A DNA stretch of 64,000 bases from Myxococcota bacterium (GTDB taxonomy: Bacteria; Myxococcota_A; UBA9160; JAFDDA01). A model generated the notes under the pieces. It had not been told where the DNA came from. It made no database searches and saw only the letters and a list, made by a program, of their open reading frames with translations. Location of the stretch: the NCBI GenBank assembly GCA_965228475.1, contig OZ245817.1, positions 4,448,001-4,512,000 on the forward strand. The letters are read 5' to 3'. How positions within the stretch are numbered: position 1 is the stretch's first letter; each line of letters starts with the position of its first letter. Below, piece after piece: positions 48,729 to 58,819 of the stretch. A program made the position numbers and the translations under genes.

Positions 48729-50252
48729 TTATTCCTTCCCGCCGAAGCGCCGCGGGTCATCGCAGAACCGGAGCGCGGATTCCTTGGTGATGGTGCCGTC
48801 CGCGACGAGCTTCTGGAGCGACTCGTCGAGCAGGCACATGCCGTGCGCGGCACCGGTCTGGAGGATCGACTGGATCTGCACGGTCTTGTTCTCGCGGATC
48901 AGGTTGCCCACGGCCTTGGTCACGACCATGACCTCGAGGGCCGGCACGCGCCCGTTTCCATCGGCACGCGGAACGAGCCGCTGGGAGATGACCGCGCGGA
49001 GCGACTCGGAGACCATCGTGCGGATCTGGTTCTGCTGGTTCGGCGGGAACACGCCGATCAGCCGGTTGATCGTGCGGATGGCCGAGTTCGTGTGCAGCGT
49101 GCCCAGCACGAAGTGGCCGGTCTCCGCGGCCGTCAGGGCCAGCGAGATCGTCTCGAGGTCCCGAAGCTCGCCGATCCCGATGATGTCCGGGTCTTCACGC
49201 AGCGCCGCACGCAGCGCCCGGGCGAAGGTCTCGGTGTGCGGGCCGACCTGGCGCTGATTGACCAGACACGACTTCGTCTTGTGGACCACCTCGATCGGGT
49301 CTTCCACGGTGATGATGTGGTCCTCGCGACCTTCGTTCACGAGCGAGAGCAGCGCCGCCATCGTGGCGGACTTGCCGCATCCGGCCGGGCCGGTCACGAG
49401 CACCATGCCCTGGTGGTAGCCGGTGAACTTGGCGAGTGATTCCGGAAGGCCGAGGCTCTCGAGCGTCGGCGGCTCGGGCGGAACGAGACGGAACGTGGCG
49501 TCGAGCCCGCGCTGCTGACGGTACGCGTTCGAACGGAAGCGTCCGACGCCGTCGAGGGCGTAGGCGAAGTCCACCTGTCCGGTCCGGCAGAGCGCCTCCC
49601 ACTGCACGTCGTCGAGCAGGTCGGAGAGCATCGCCTCGCACTCGTTCGGGTCGAGAGGCTGTTCACCGTGCATCCGGAGTTCGCCGTTCACGCGCATGCG
49701 CAGCGGCGCCCCGGCATGGACGTGGAGGTCGCTTGCGCCGAGATCCGCGGCCTCCTTCATCAGGGCGTGCACCTTCTCGCGCGCGCCTTCGGAGCCGGGC
49801 GGCCGGGCCGCGACTTCGATCGAGCCGACGGTTGCCGCAGCGCCGGCGGGATTCGCGCTCTCCGTCTTCGCCGGAGCGGCGGGTTTCTGCGGAGCGGGCC
49901 GGTCCTGTGCGGGGCGCGGCGCCTCCGCCGGAGCCGCACTCGCGCTCGCCGCCGGTTCGGGCGCGGCGCTCTTCTCCACGATGGGCTTCGAGGGCACGCG
50001 CGCCGCGGCGGGTTCCGGAGCAGGCGCGGCCCCCTGCGCTGCCTTCTGGGCGCGGTGCTTCACGAGCATGTCGCGCTGGATCTGCACCAGGCGATCGATC
50101 TGCTTCTGCTGGGCCCACCCCTTCTCGATGAAGTAGTCGCAGAGGCGGGCGGGGTCGCCCTCCTCGCGCATCGCTTCGGCGAGCTGGTCGGCGGTGATCA
50201 GTTTGTAGTGGACGGCCAGGCGGCCGAGCAGCGGAGTCTTTGCGTCGCTCAT
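48729..50252 (-). CDS. pilT: PilT-family ATPase with N-terminal MshEN-like domain and Ala/Pro linker
   Basis: ASDLH, GPAGCGKS, EDPIE, ALREDPD, GELRD, AETGH, GTLHT. Confidence 0.88.
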   Translation of the reverse strand: MSDAKTPLLGRLAVHYKLITADQLAEAMREEGDPARLCDYFIEKGWAQQKQIDRLVQIQRDMLVKHRAQKAAQGAAPAPEPAAARVPSKPIVEKSAAPEPAASASAAPAEAPRPAQDRPAPQKPAAPAKTESANPAGAAATVGSIEVAARPPGSEGAREKVHALMKEAADLGASDLHVHAGAPLRMRVNGELRMHGEQPLDPNECEAMLSDLLDDVQWEALCRTGQVDFAYALDGVGRFRSNAYRQQRGLDATFRLVPPEPPTLESLGLPESLAKFTGYHQGMVLVTGPAGCGKSATMAALLSLVNEGREDHIITVEDPIEVVHKTKSCLVNQRQVGPHTETFARALRAALREDPDIIGIGELRDLETISLALTAAETGHFVLGTLHTNSAIRTINRLIGVFPPNQQNQIRTMVSESLRAVISQRLVPRADGNGRVPALEVMVVTKAVGNLIRENKTVQIQSILQTGAAHGMCLLDESLQKLVADGTITKESALRFCDDPRRFGGKE

Positions 50253-50361
50253 CGTCCCTGCTGCATCGGCAGAGGGGAGCGCCGCGTTGAGCGCCGTCGG
50301 GGAGAACGGGGCGGGACCTGCGGGTCCGGCGCACCCGGAAGCGAAGACTCGGGCGAAAGCC

Positions 50362-51399
50362 CTAGAGCAAAGCGAGCTGCTCGCCGCCGGGCCGGCGGAA
50401 CGCAGCCGTCGAGAGCTCCGCGCCGCGCCGCGCCAGGCCGTGCCGCCGCAGGGAGAGCGCGAAGAGCGCCTCGGTGTGGTCCGCTTCGAGCCCCGTCCCG
50501 CGCTGCCGCACGGCGAAGCGCGAATCGTAGAGCTCGCCGCCGCGCATGGCGCGCACCTTGGAGATCACCTTGGCCTTGCGCTCGGGAAAGTGACGCTCGA
50601 GCCACTCCTCGAACAGCGGCGCGATGCCGTGGGGCAGCCGGAGCATGACCTTGCTCGCCGCGCTCGCCCCGGCCGAGGCCACCGCGGCGACGATGGCCGG
50701 GATCTCGTGGTCGTTGAGCGCCGGGATGACGGGCGCGACCATGGCCATCACCGGAACGCCGGCGGACGCGAGCATTTCGATGGCCTCGAGCCGCCGCGCG
50801 GGCGGCGAGGCGCCCGGTTCGAGGATGCGCTGCAGGCCCGGGTCGAGACTCGTCACGGAAACCGCAACGGAAGCGGCACCGTGGCTCGCGAGCTCCGCAA
50901 GCAGATCGACGTCGCGCGTCACCAGCCAGCTCTTGGTGACGACGGTCGTCGGGTTTCGGAACTCGGCCAGGACTTCGAGGCAGCCGCGCGTGATCCGGAG
51001 CTTCCGTTCCGCAGGCTGGTAGCCATCCGTGACCCCCGAGAGCGCCACCACGCGCGGCTCCCAGCGCGGGCTCGCGAGCGCCTTGCGCAGGAGCGCCGGC
51101 GCCTCCGGCTTGAACAGGATCTTCGTCTCGAAATCGACGCCCGCCGAGTAGCCGAGGTACTCGTGGAAGGGCCGCGCATAGCAGTACGTGCACGCGTGCG
51201 TGCAGCCCCGGTAGGGATTCACGCTCGCGTCGAAGCCGATGTCCGGGCTGTCGTTCGTCGCCACGATCGAGCGGGTCGGATCCCGCAGGAGGGTCACGCC
51301 CGGAAGCTCGTCGTCGCTCGGGACGTACTCCGCGTCGAGCTCGACGGCGCGGGTCTCGAAGCGGTTCTTCGGCTGGGTCCAGGTTCCGCGGGGACGCAT
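50362..51399 (-). CDS. PA0069-family radical SAM protein (spore photoproduct lyase-like)
   Basis: NPYRGCTHACTYCYARP (CxxxCxxC), TDGYQPAE. Confidence 0.9.
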   Translation of the reverse strand: MRPRGTWTQPKNRFETRAVELDAEYVPSDDELPGVTLLRDPTRSIVATNDSPDIGFDASVNPYRGCTHACTYCYARPFHEYLGYSAGVDFETKILFKPEAPALLRKALASPRWEPRVVALSGVTDGYQPAERKLRITRGCLEVLAEFRNPTTVVTKSWLVTRDVDLLAELASHGAASVAVSVTSLDPGLQRILEPGASPPARRLEAIEMLASAGVPVMAMVAPVIPALNDHEIPAIVAAVASAGASAASKVMLRLPHGIAPLFEEWLERHFPERKAKVISKVRAMRGGELYDSRFAVRQRGTGLEADHTEALFALSLRRHGLARRGAELSTAAFRRPGGEQLALL

Positions 51400-51504
51400 G
51401 GGCGAAACTAAACCGAAAACTGACCCTCACGGCAAGGCGGCACCAAAAGGCTCTCGCGGCGGGCACTTGACCCGCCGCGGGGAGCCCCCTTTCCTTCGCC
51501 GGGC

Positions 51505-53246
51505 ATGCCGCTCGAACCCTTCGACTCGCTCCGGGACCGGCTCCGCCGAATCGACGGACGGAGCTACTCGGCCTACCGCGAGCTGCGGGGCGGCTTCGAG
51601 AGCGGCGGGCTCGAGCTCCACGTGGATGCCGTCCAGGGCGACCCCTTCGCGGCGCCCTCGCGGGTCCGCGTCCGAATCGACCAGCGCGAAGCCGGGCTGC
51701 CGCCGAGTGGTTCGGGTCGCGGGTGCGCCGCATCGCGCTCGAGGACCTCCTGGCCCGGCGCGCGCGCCGCGCCATCCGGCGCGAGGTCGCCGGCAGCCGG
51801 GGCAGCGGCCGAAGCGGCGAGGTCGGCTGCGACGCGGGCGGCCAGCAGATTCTCGAGCGGAGCGCCGCGCGGGTGGACGAACGCTTCGCGGAGCTGCGCC
51901 TGCGCGTCGGGCTCCCGGCGGCGGGGCGGCGCGTGCGCGGGCGCGACGCCGAGGCGCTCCTGTGCGAAGAACTCGTCCGCGTGGCCGAGCGCGCCCTGAT
52001 CTTCGACGACTCCCCCGAAGGCTGGGCGGAAGAGGCGCGGGACTTCATCGCGTGCGCCGAGAACCACGCGCACCTGCAAAGCGAGCTCGCGGCCCGCGGG
52101 CTCGTCGCCTTCGTGGCGGACGGCGCCGTCCTGCCGCGCCGAAGCGGCGTCGACGACCGGCCGCTCGAGGGGAGCGATGCCGTGCCCTTCGTCTCCCCGG
52201 AGTCGCTTCGGGTCACCCTGCCCGTTCCCCATGCCGTCGACGGCGCGCGGGAGGTCACCGGGATGGGCATCGCGAAGGGCGTGACCCTGGTCGTCGGCGG
52301 CGGCTATCACGGGAAGTCGACTCTGCTCGCCGCGCTCGAGCGCGGGGTCTACCCGCACGTCCCGGGCGACGGGCGGGAACGCGTCGTCGCCGACGCGGGC
52401 CTCGTGAAGATCCGCGCCGAGGACGGCCGCTCCGTCGCGGGGGTCGACATCCGGGGCTTCATCGGAACCCTGCCGGGCGGGCGGGCGACCGGGCGCTTCT
52501 CGAGCGAAGACGCCAGCGGCAGCACGAGCCAGGCCGCGAGCCTGGTCGAAGCGCTCGAGGCCGGCGCGACGGGGCTCCTGCTCGACGAGGACACCTGCGC
52601 CACCAACTTCATGGTGCGCGACGAGCGCATGCGCGCCCTCGTACCGGACGACGAAGAGCCCATCACGCCCTTCCGCGAGCTCATCCGCGAGCTGCACGCG
52701 AGCCGGGGCGTCTCGACGGTGCTCGTGATCGGCGGCGTCGGCGACTATTTCTCCGTCGCCGACACCGTGGTGCGAATGGCGGACTACGGCGCCGCGGACG
52801 TGACGGACGAGGCCCGACGGATCGCACGGGGAAACGCGCCGGCAACCGGGCGCGAACCTCTACCGGAGCCGCCGAGCCGCACCCCGGCGCCCGAGAGCAT
52901 CGACGCTTCCCGCGGCCGGCGCGCGGTGAAGGTCGCCGCGCGCACGAAGCGTCTGCTCTCCTTCGGGCGGGAGGAGATCGACCTCCACGCCCTCGAGCAG
53001 CTCGTCGATGCGAGCCAGACCCGGGCGATCGGTCACGCGCTCCACCGGCTCGCCACGCGCCACCTCGGCGACGGGCGGACCCTCGCAGAGGCGCTCGACG
53101 CCCTCGACGCCGAGCTCGACGAAGCGGGCGTGGACCGCCTCGGCTCCGAGCGCGGCGAACACCCCGGCGAACTCGCACGGCCGAGGCGGATGGAGATCGC
53201 CGCCGCCCTGAACCGGCTGCGGACCCTTCGCCTACGCGACGGGTGA
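51505..53246 (+). pseudogene. ABC-class ATPase (ABC_ATPase family) split by a frameshift near 51703; pseudogene or sequence error
   Basis: N-terminal IDGRSY..QGDPFAAPSR in one frame; GGGYHGKS, IRAEDGR, DASGSTSQA, DEDTCATNFM in another. Confidence 0.75.
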
Positions 53247-53265
53247 GCCCGCCCCGCTTTGCGAC

Positions 53266-53931
53266 TCAGGCGTAGCGGAAGGTCGCGACCTGGCACTTGT
53301 CGCAGTGGAAAGCGTGGAGACGCGGGCGGCCGCGCCAGCTCGTCGTGCCCGGGAGGCCGCCGAGGGCGTTCGGCAAGCCCACGGGTTCCCCGGCCGACCG
53401 CCAGTGAACCCCGGCCATCGGGACGAGGAAGCCCTCCGCCATCGGCGCCTCGCAGCTCGGGCAGACGACGCCGGTGAGCGGCGGGTCGAAGCGCGACGTC
53501 GGCGGCAGGACTTCGCCGAAGGAGCGCTGCACGCGCAGGGCGACGAGGACGATGAGCAGCACGAGCGCGGCGAGGGCGGCGGTCACGGCGTAGAGCAGCG
53601 CCTGGGAGTTCTCGAGGGTCGCTTCGAGGGTGCAATCGACACGGCCGTCGACGAAGATCACCCGGGTCGCCGTGCCGAGCTCGACGGCCTCGTGGTGGGC
53701 GTGGTTCGTCTCCGTCGTGCAAGTCTCACCGGCCCGCGGCCCCGAAGCGATCTCGACCCGCAGGTACGGAGCGCTCTCCTTGCCGACGATCGTCGCCTCG
53801 GCGCGCTCGCCGTGGTGGTACGCCTGGTAGCAGCGCCACGCGGTCGTCATCGGCCCGGCCATCGCCACGGCGATGACGCCGAGCACGAGTCCCGCGACGC
53901 CCCAGATCCGAACGGCCACCGGTCGCTTCAT
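53266..53931 (-). CDS. Hypothetical two-TM protein with C-terminal zinc ribbon (DUF6487-like)
   Basis: Two TM helices; CPSCEAPMAEG...CDKC. Confidence 0.65.
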   Translation of the reverse strand: MKRPVAVRIWGVAGLVLGVIAVAMAGPMTTAWRCYQAYHHGERAEATIVGKESAPYLRVEIASGPRAGETCTTETNHAHHEAVELGTATRVIFVDGRVDCTLEATLENSQALLYAVTAALAALVLLIVLVALRVQRSFGEVLPPTSRFDPPLTGVVCPSCEAPMAEGFLVPMAGVHWRSAGEPVGLPNALGGLPGTTSWRGRPRLHAFHCDKCQVATFRYA

Positions 53932-54017
53932 CCCCTCGTCATCGGAACTGCCGCGTCGGCGCTTGACCGGCGGCCCGCGCTCGCGCCGCCGGACGCCGCT
54001 CAGTACGCTCCCTCCCG

Positions 54018-54428
54018 ATGGAATCGCCTCAGATCCCCTCGGAACGCACCATCCGCGGCTTCGCTGCGCTCGACCTGCTCGTGACGGCGCCGCTCGCCGT
54101 GCCGGGCGTGGCCGGCGGCCTGCTCGCGCTGCTCTACCGCCTCGACGCCGCGCTCGGTGGCGCGGCGGGAGCGGTTCCCGCGCTCCCGAGCCTCGGCTGG
54201 CTGTTCGTGCACCTCGCCGGGATCCTCGGCGTGGTCTGGGCCGTCGCCCGTCTCCGCATGCCCGACCCGCGGCTCGCGCGGATCGACGGAGTGGGCCGCA
54301 CCGCGGTGGCCGGACTGCTCTCCCTGGGAATCCTCGGCGGCGACGTTCCGGCCGTCTTCTGGGCCTTCGTCGCGACCGAGCTGGCGGGCGCCGTCGCCCA
54401 GCTCCTGCCGCGCGGTCGCGCCTCGTAG
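54018..54428 (+). CDS. Hypothetical membrane protein
   Basis: About four hydrophobic helices; codon usage like neighbouring genes. Confidence 0.6.
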   Translation: MESPQIPSERTIRGFAALDLLVTAPLAVPGVAGGLLALLYRLDAALGGAAGAVPALPSLGWLFVHLAGILGVVWAVARLRMPDPRLARIDGVGRTAVAGLLSLGILGGDVPAVFWAFVATELAGAVAQLLPRGRAS

Positions 54429-54545
54429 GTAGGGAGTGCGGGTTCCGGTTCGCCCGGTGGAGGGCAAAGGGCTTCCGTCCGCGCGGAACACGGGTTCCAC
54501 CCGGCGGCCCGGCCGGTGAGCCGGCGGCGGCTCAACTCGTGGATT

Positions 54546-54559
54546 TGTAACGCGTTTCA
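54546..54559. promoter_or_regulatory. KstR-type operator upstream of the large secreted protein
   Basis: TGTAACGCGTTTCA fits TnnAACnnGTTnnA; 3' flank GTTTCAAT matches the reverse complement of the 18393 site. Confidence 0.65.
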
Positions 54560-54649
54560 ATTTTGGGGCGCGTACGGTACGGAACTTGCGTACGTTTCGG
54601 CGGCCGGTGCCGCTTGCCGCGTGCGCCGGACCTGGGGGAAGGCTTCGAA

Positions 54650-57229
54650 ATGACTACGAAAATGGAATCGCCGTTCGCATCCGCTCCGCTCCGGAATGCG
54701 GGCCTGTTCGCGCTGCTGCTCGTCGCCCTCGTCGCGGGCGGTTCCCCCAGCTGCAAGCCGCCGCCGCAGCTGCTGATCGACTCGCCGACCCACGGCGAGT
54801 TCCTGCTCGGGACGAGCATCTCGGTCTCGGGCCGCGCGATCGGCCTCGGCACTCCGGTGAGCTTCACCGTGAACGGCGTGGCCGTTCCGGCCTTCGCCGG
54901 GGAGAACTGGAGCGTCTCCATCCCCGCGAACCCGGCCGACGTGTTCATCCCGATCGAGGCCGTCTTCGTCGTGCAGGGCGGCGCGGTGAAGACCGAGCGC
55001 CTGACCGTCGTGCTCGCCGACGGCGTGAACTCGAACTTCGTCCTCGACGGCACCGCCTCCGCCCAGGCCGCGGGCCTGCGCATCGGCGACACGGGCCTCG
55101 GCCAGATCGCGCCGATCGTCGAGAGCCTCTCGGGTGACGCGATCGACATCAGCTCGCTCATCCTCGGCCAGAACCCGATCGCCCAGGGCAGCTTCAGCGG
55201 CATCAGCTACACGGCCAACGCCGTCGACGCGGCCATCGGCGGCTTCGGGCTCGTCGCCGACGCCACGCCCTCGGGCATCGCCGCCGACGTCACCGTCAAC
55301 GACCTGTTCGTCGAGATCGACCTCGAACTCGGCATCCTCGGCTCGTGCACGCTCGAGATCTCGACCACCAACGCGGTGATCTCCGGCACCTACGACCTCG
55401 CGCCCCTCGCCTCGGACCCGTCCTTCGCGGACGTGAACCTGGTCTCGGCGATCGGCGTATCGCTCGGTGGATTCAACTCGCAGTTCGTCTCGGGCGCCTG
55501 CAACGACCCGCTGATCGGCGACATCGTGAACCTGATCATGGGCCAGAACGAGATCCAGGATCTCGTCGAGGACGGCTTCGAGAGCAGCCTCGGGGACCCG
55601 GACGGCGGCGGGCCGCTCGACTCGCCCCTGGCCGCCGCCATCGAACAGGCGCTGGCGGGCATCTCGATCGCCGGCCCCGTGGGCGACGCCCTCGTGGCCG
55701 ACGTCGACGCGCCGATCTCGAGCATCAGCGAAGACGCGGACGGCCTGACGATCGTCGCGGACATGGCGATCACCGCGACGGCTCCGGCGCCGGGCGCGCC
55801 GGACCTCCCGGCCTCCTACGAGATCGCCGAGACCTTCCCGACCTTCGGCAGCACGACGCCCGTCGGCGGCCTGCCCTACGGCATGGCCTTCGCGCTCTCG
55901 AGCTCGGGGCTGAACCAGCTGCTGAAGGCGCAGATCGAGAACGGCCTCCTGCAGGAATCCCTGACGGAGTTCTTCGGGCAGCCGATCACGGCGGGCCTCC
56001 TGACCCTGCTCTTCCTCCCCGAACTCTCCATCGTCGCGCCCGGCGAGGCGATCACGATCGAGATCCGGCCGACGCTCGCGCCGGTCTTCACCGGCGCCCC
56101 CGGCCCGGCCGGCGAGCTGGCGGAGCTGAAGATCGCGGGCCTCTCCGTCGCACTCGTCCTGGCGAGCCAACAGGAAGACCTGCTCGTGATGGACGTCGCC
56201 ATGGACGCCGGCGTCGACCTCGCGTTCACCGCGGCGGGCCTCGGCTTCAACCTGGCGACGCCGAGCGCCGCGGGCATCACGATCACGATCATCGACAACC
56301 CCTTCGGCATGAACGAGAACGATCTCGTCACGACCTTCCAGAGCATCTTCCCGCTGTTCGCTCCGGAGCTCACCAGCGCGATCGACTCCTTCCCGATCCC
56401 GTCGCTCCTCGGGCTCGACCTCTCGCCCGTCGAGGTCGCGCGCATGCCGGGCGGCTACCTCGGGCTCTTCGCGGACCTCGTCGAGCAGCCGACGACGAAG
56501 ATCCAGAACGTGGTGTTCACGGACCAGTCCTCGGGCGACTTCAACCAGCAGGGCGGCTGCTGGCTGCGCGAGTGGCGGCACCGCCTGGCGGGCCAGAGCA
56601 GCGCAACGACCGTGAACGCCAACATGAAGGGCATGCTCGGCGCCGACGCCGGCTGCACGACCAACGACGCCGAATCCATCGCCACCGTCGACTACCGGGT
56701 GAACTTCGACGTGGAGGCGGTGGCCGGCGAGCAGTGGACGCTCACGATCGACCACTCGATCCTCGGCGCCTTCAACCGCATCTCGGACGGCTACACCGAC
56801 GGCATCGGCTTCCAGGACGGCGGCGGCGCCGCCTGGTTCCAGACGCCGGTGCAGGCGACCTACTCGATCGACGGCGGGACCCCGGTGCCCTTCGACTTCT
56901 CGGCGTCGCCGAGCGGGCTGGCCTACGACGGGATCGGCGGCTGCTCCTGCAGCGAAGACGTCGAGTTCTCGGGCAGCGCCCAGGCCATCGTCCAGGGGAC
57001 GACGAACGCGGCCGTCGAGCTCCACTTCGTGTTCTCGATGGAGTCGGAGTCGGATTCGAACACGGCCTTCCCGACGGCCAACGGCGACGAGCTCGCCATC
57101 CGCCTCGGGAAGAACGACACGATCGACAACAACTTCACCACGGGTTCCTACCCGGGTGCGGGCAACCGCAACATCGCCGACGACGGCCACTTCGTCGACG
57201 TCCTGCTGACCACCGCCCCGACGCCGTAG
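54650..57229 (+). CDS. Large secreted acidic protein: Ig-like domain, putative BPI/LBP (TULIP)-like region, Cys-containing C-terminal domain
   Basis: Hydrophobic signal followed by Cys; GLRIGDTGL and MAFALSSSGLNQLL..GLL motifs; strong GC3 codon bias. Confidence 0.75.
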   Translation: MTTKMESPFASAPLRNAGLFALLLVALVAGGSPSCKPPPQLLIDSPTHGEFLLGTSISVSGRAIGLGTPVSFTVNGVAVPAFAGENWSVSIPANPADVFIPIEAVFVVQGGAVKTERLTVVLADGVNSNFVLDGTASAQAAGLRIGDTGLGQIAPIVESLSGDAIDISSLILGQNPIAQGSFSGISYTANAVDAAIGGFGLVADATPSGIAADVTVNDLFVEIDLELGILGSCTLEISTTNAVISGTYDLAPLASDPSFADVNLVSAIGVSLGGFNSQFVSGACNDPLIGDIVNLIMGQNEIQDLVEDGFESSLGDPDGGGPLDSPLAAAIEQALAGISIAGPVGDALVADVDAPISSISEDADGLTIVADMAITATAPAPGAPDLPASYEIAETFPTFGSTTPVGGLPYGMAFALSSSGLNQLLKAQIENGLLQESLTEFFGQPITAGLLTLLFLPELSIVAPGEAITIEIRPTLAPVFTGAPGPAGELAELKIAGLSVALVLASQQEDLLVMDVAMDAGVDLAFTAAGLGFNLATPSAAGITITIIDNPFGMNENDLVTTFQSIFPLFAPELTSAIDSFPIPSLLGLDLSPVEVARMPGGYLGLFADLVEQPTTKIQNVVFTDQSSGDFNQQGGCWLREWRHRLAGQSSATTVNANMKGMLGADAGCTTNDAESIATVDYRVNFDVEAVAGEQWTLTIDHSILGAFNRISDGYTDGIGFQDGGGAAWFQTPVQATYSIDGGTPVPFDFSASPSGLAYDGIGGCSCSEDVEFSGSAQAIVQGTTNAAVELHFVFSMESESDSNTAFPTANGDELAIRLGKNDTIDNNFTTGSYPGAGNRNIADDGHFVDVLLTTAPTP

Positions 57230-57239
57230 CGCGTCGGGG

Positions 57240-58760
57240 CTAGGCGCCCCCGTCGAGCCCCGCGCGGTACGCGGCGAGGTCCCGTTTCACGACGGGCGCG
57301 AGCACGTAGAGCGCGAGCACGTTCGCGAGCGCCATGGCGAAGACCAGGGCGTCCGAGAAGTCGAGCACGGCTTCGAGCTGCGCCGTGCAGCCCACGACGA
57401 CCGACGCGCAGAAGATGAGGTTGTAGACGAGCCGCGCGCCGCGCGTGCGCCCGAAGAGATAGAGCCAGCCCGCCAGGCCGTAGTAGGACCAGGAGATCAT
57501 CGTCGAGAACGCGAAGAGCGCGACCACGACGGCGAGAGGCTTCGGGAACCAGGGCACGACGCTCGCCAGGGCCGCCGACGTCAGTTCGACGCCCGAGGCG
57601 TCCCCCGGCGGCGTGGACGGGTCGTAGACCGTCACCGTGATCACCAGCGCCGTCAGGCTGCACAGGATGACCGTGTCGATGAACGGCTCGAGCAGCGCCA
57701 CGTAGCCCTCGGTGATCGGCTGGTCCGTGCGCACGGCCGAGTGGGCGATGGCCGCGGAGCCGATGCCGGCCTCGTTCGAGAACGCCGCCCGCCGGAACCC
57801 CAGGATCAGCACCGCGAGTGCGCCGCCCTGCACGCCCTCCGGCGCGAAGGCCCCGCGCACGATCGCCTCGAAGGCCCACGGGAGCTTCTCCGCGTTGGCC
57901 CCGATCGCGACGAGCGCCATCGCGACGTAGAGGAGCGCCATCACCGGGGCGAGCTTGCTCGTCACGCGGGCGATGCTGCGGATCCCGCCGACGATCACGA
58001 GCGCGACGAGCGCTGCCAGGCCGAGCCCGAAGAGCCAGCCGCGCCCGGCGAAGGGGCTCGCCCCGCCGCCCGTGACGCCGACGGTCTGCACGAAGGCCTG
58101 GTTCGCCTGGAACATGCTGCCGATCCCGAGGCAGCCGAGCAGGATGCACGCCGCGTAGTAGAGCGCGAGGCCCCGGCCGAGACGCGGCCAGCGCCGCTCC
58201 GCGAAGCCCTTCTCGAGGTAGTACATCGGGCCGCCGGCGACGGTGCCGTCGGGGTCGGTCTCGCGGTAGCGCACCGCGAGAGCGCACTCGACGAACTTGC
58301 TCGACATGCCGAGGAAGCCGGCCACGACGAGCCAGAAGATCGCACCGGGGCCTCCGACGGAGATGGCGATCGCCACGTGGGAGATGTTCCCGACGCCGAC
58401 GGTGCCGGAGATCGCCGTGGCCAAGGCCTGGTAGTGCGAGACCTCGCCCTCGGCGTCCTTGCGTTTCCCTCCGCTCGTGACGAGCCGGAGGGCGTGGGGG
58501 AGCCCCCGGACGTTGATGAAGCCGAGGTAGAAGGTGAAGAAGACCGCGCCCGCGACGAGCCAGAGCACGATCAGGGGCAGCTCCGTTCCGCCGACGGAGA
58601 CCGAGAAGAAGACCACCTCCGAGAGCGCCCTCGCAAGCGGGGCGAAGGCCGCATCGATCGAGGCGTCGATCCCGTCGGCAGCCTGGGCGATCCCGTCGGC
58701 GGCCCGGGCGGGGCGGGCGGCGGCCAGGGCGAAGCCGACGGCGATGAGGCGAGACGTCAC
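57240..58760 (-). CDS. Alanine/glycine:cation symporter (AGCS)
   Basis: GTVGVGNI, GGPGAIFW, GGPMYY, FSNEAGIGS, EPFIDT. Confidence 0.95.
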   Translation of the reverse strand: MTSRLIAVGFALAAARPARAADGIAQAADGIDASIDAAFAPLARALSEVVFFSVSVGGTELPLIVLWLVAGAVFFTFYLGFINVRGLPHALRLVTSGGKRKDAEGEVSHYQALATAISGTVGVGNISHVAIAISVGGPGAIFWLVVAGFLGMSSKFVECALAVRYRETDPDGTVAGGPMYYLEKGFAERRWPRLGRGLALYYAACILLGCLGIGSMFQANQAFVQTVGVTGGGASPFAGRGWLFGLGLAALVALVIVGGIRSIARVTSKLAPVMALLYVAMALVAIGANAEKLPWAFEAIVRGAFAPEGVQGGALAVLILGFRRAAFSNEAGIGSAAIAHSAVRTDQPITEGYVALLEPFIDTVILCSLTALVITVTVYDPSTPPGDASGVELTSAALASVVPWFPKPLAVVVALFAFSTMISWSYYGLAGWLYLFGRTRGARLVYNLIFCASVVVGCTAQLEAVLDFSDALVFAMALANVLALYVLAPVVKRDLAAYRAGLDGGA

Positions 58761-58819
58761 GAGCCCTCCTGTGGGCCCGGCGGGACCCTCCTTCGGACGG
58801 TGATGCTAGCCTGCCGGCC

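Noticed and set aside
54546..54559. Alternative reading as a LacI-family operator
   Set aside because: LacI-type sites have a central CG; here the centre is GC and AACnnGTT fits the KstR consensus
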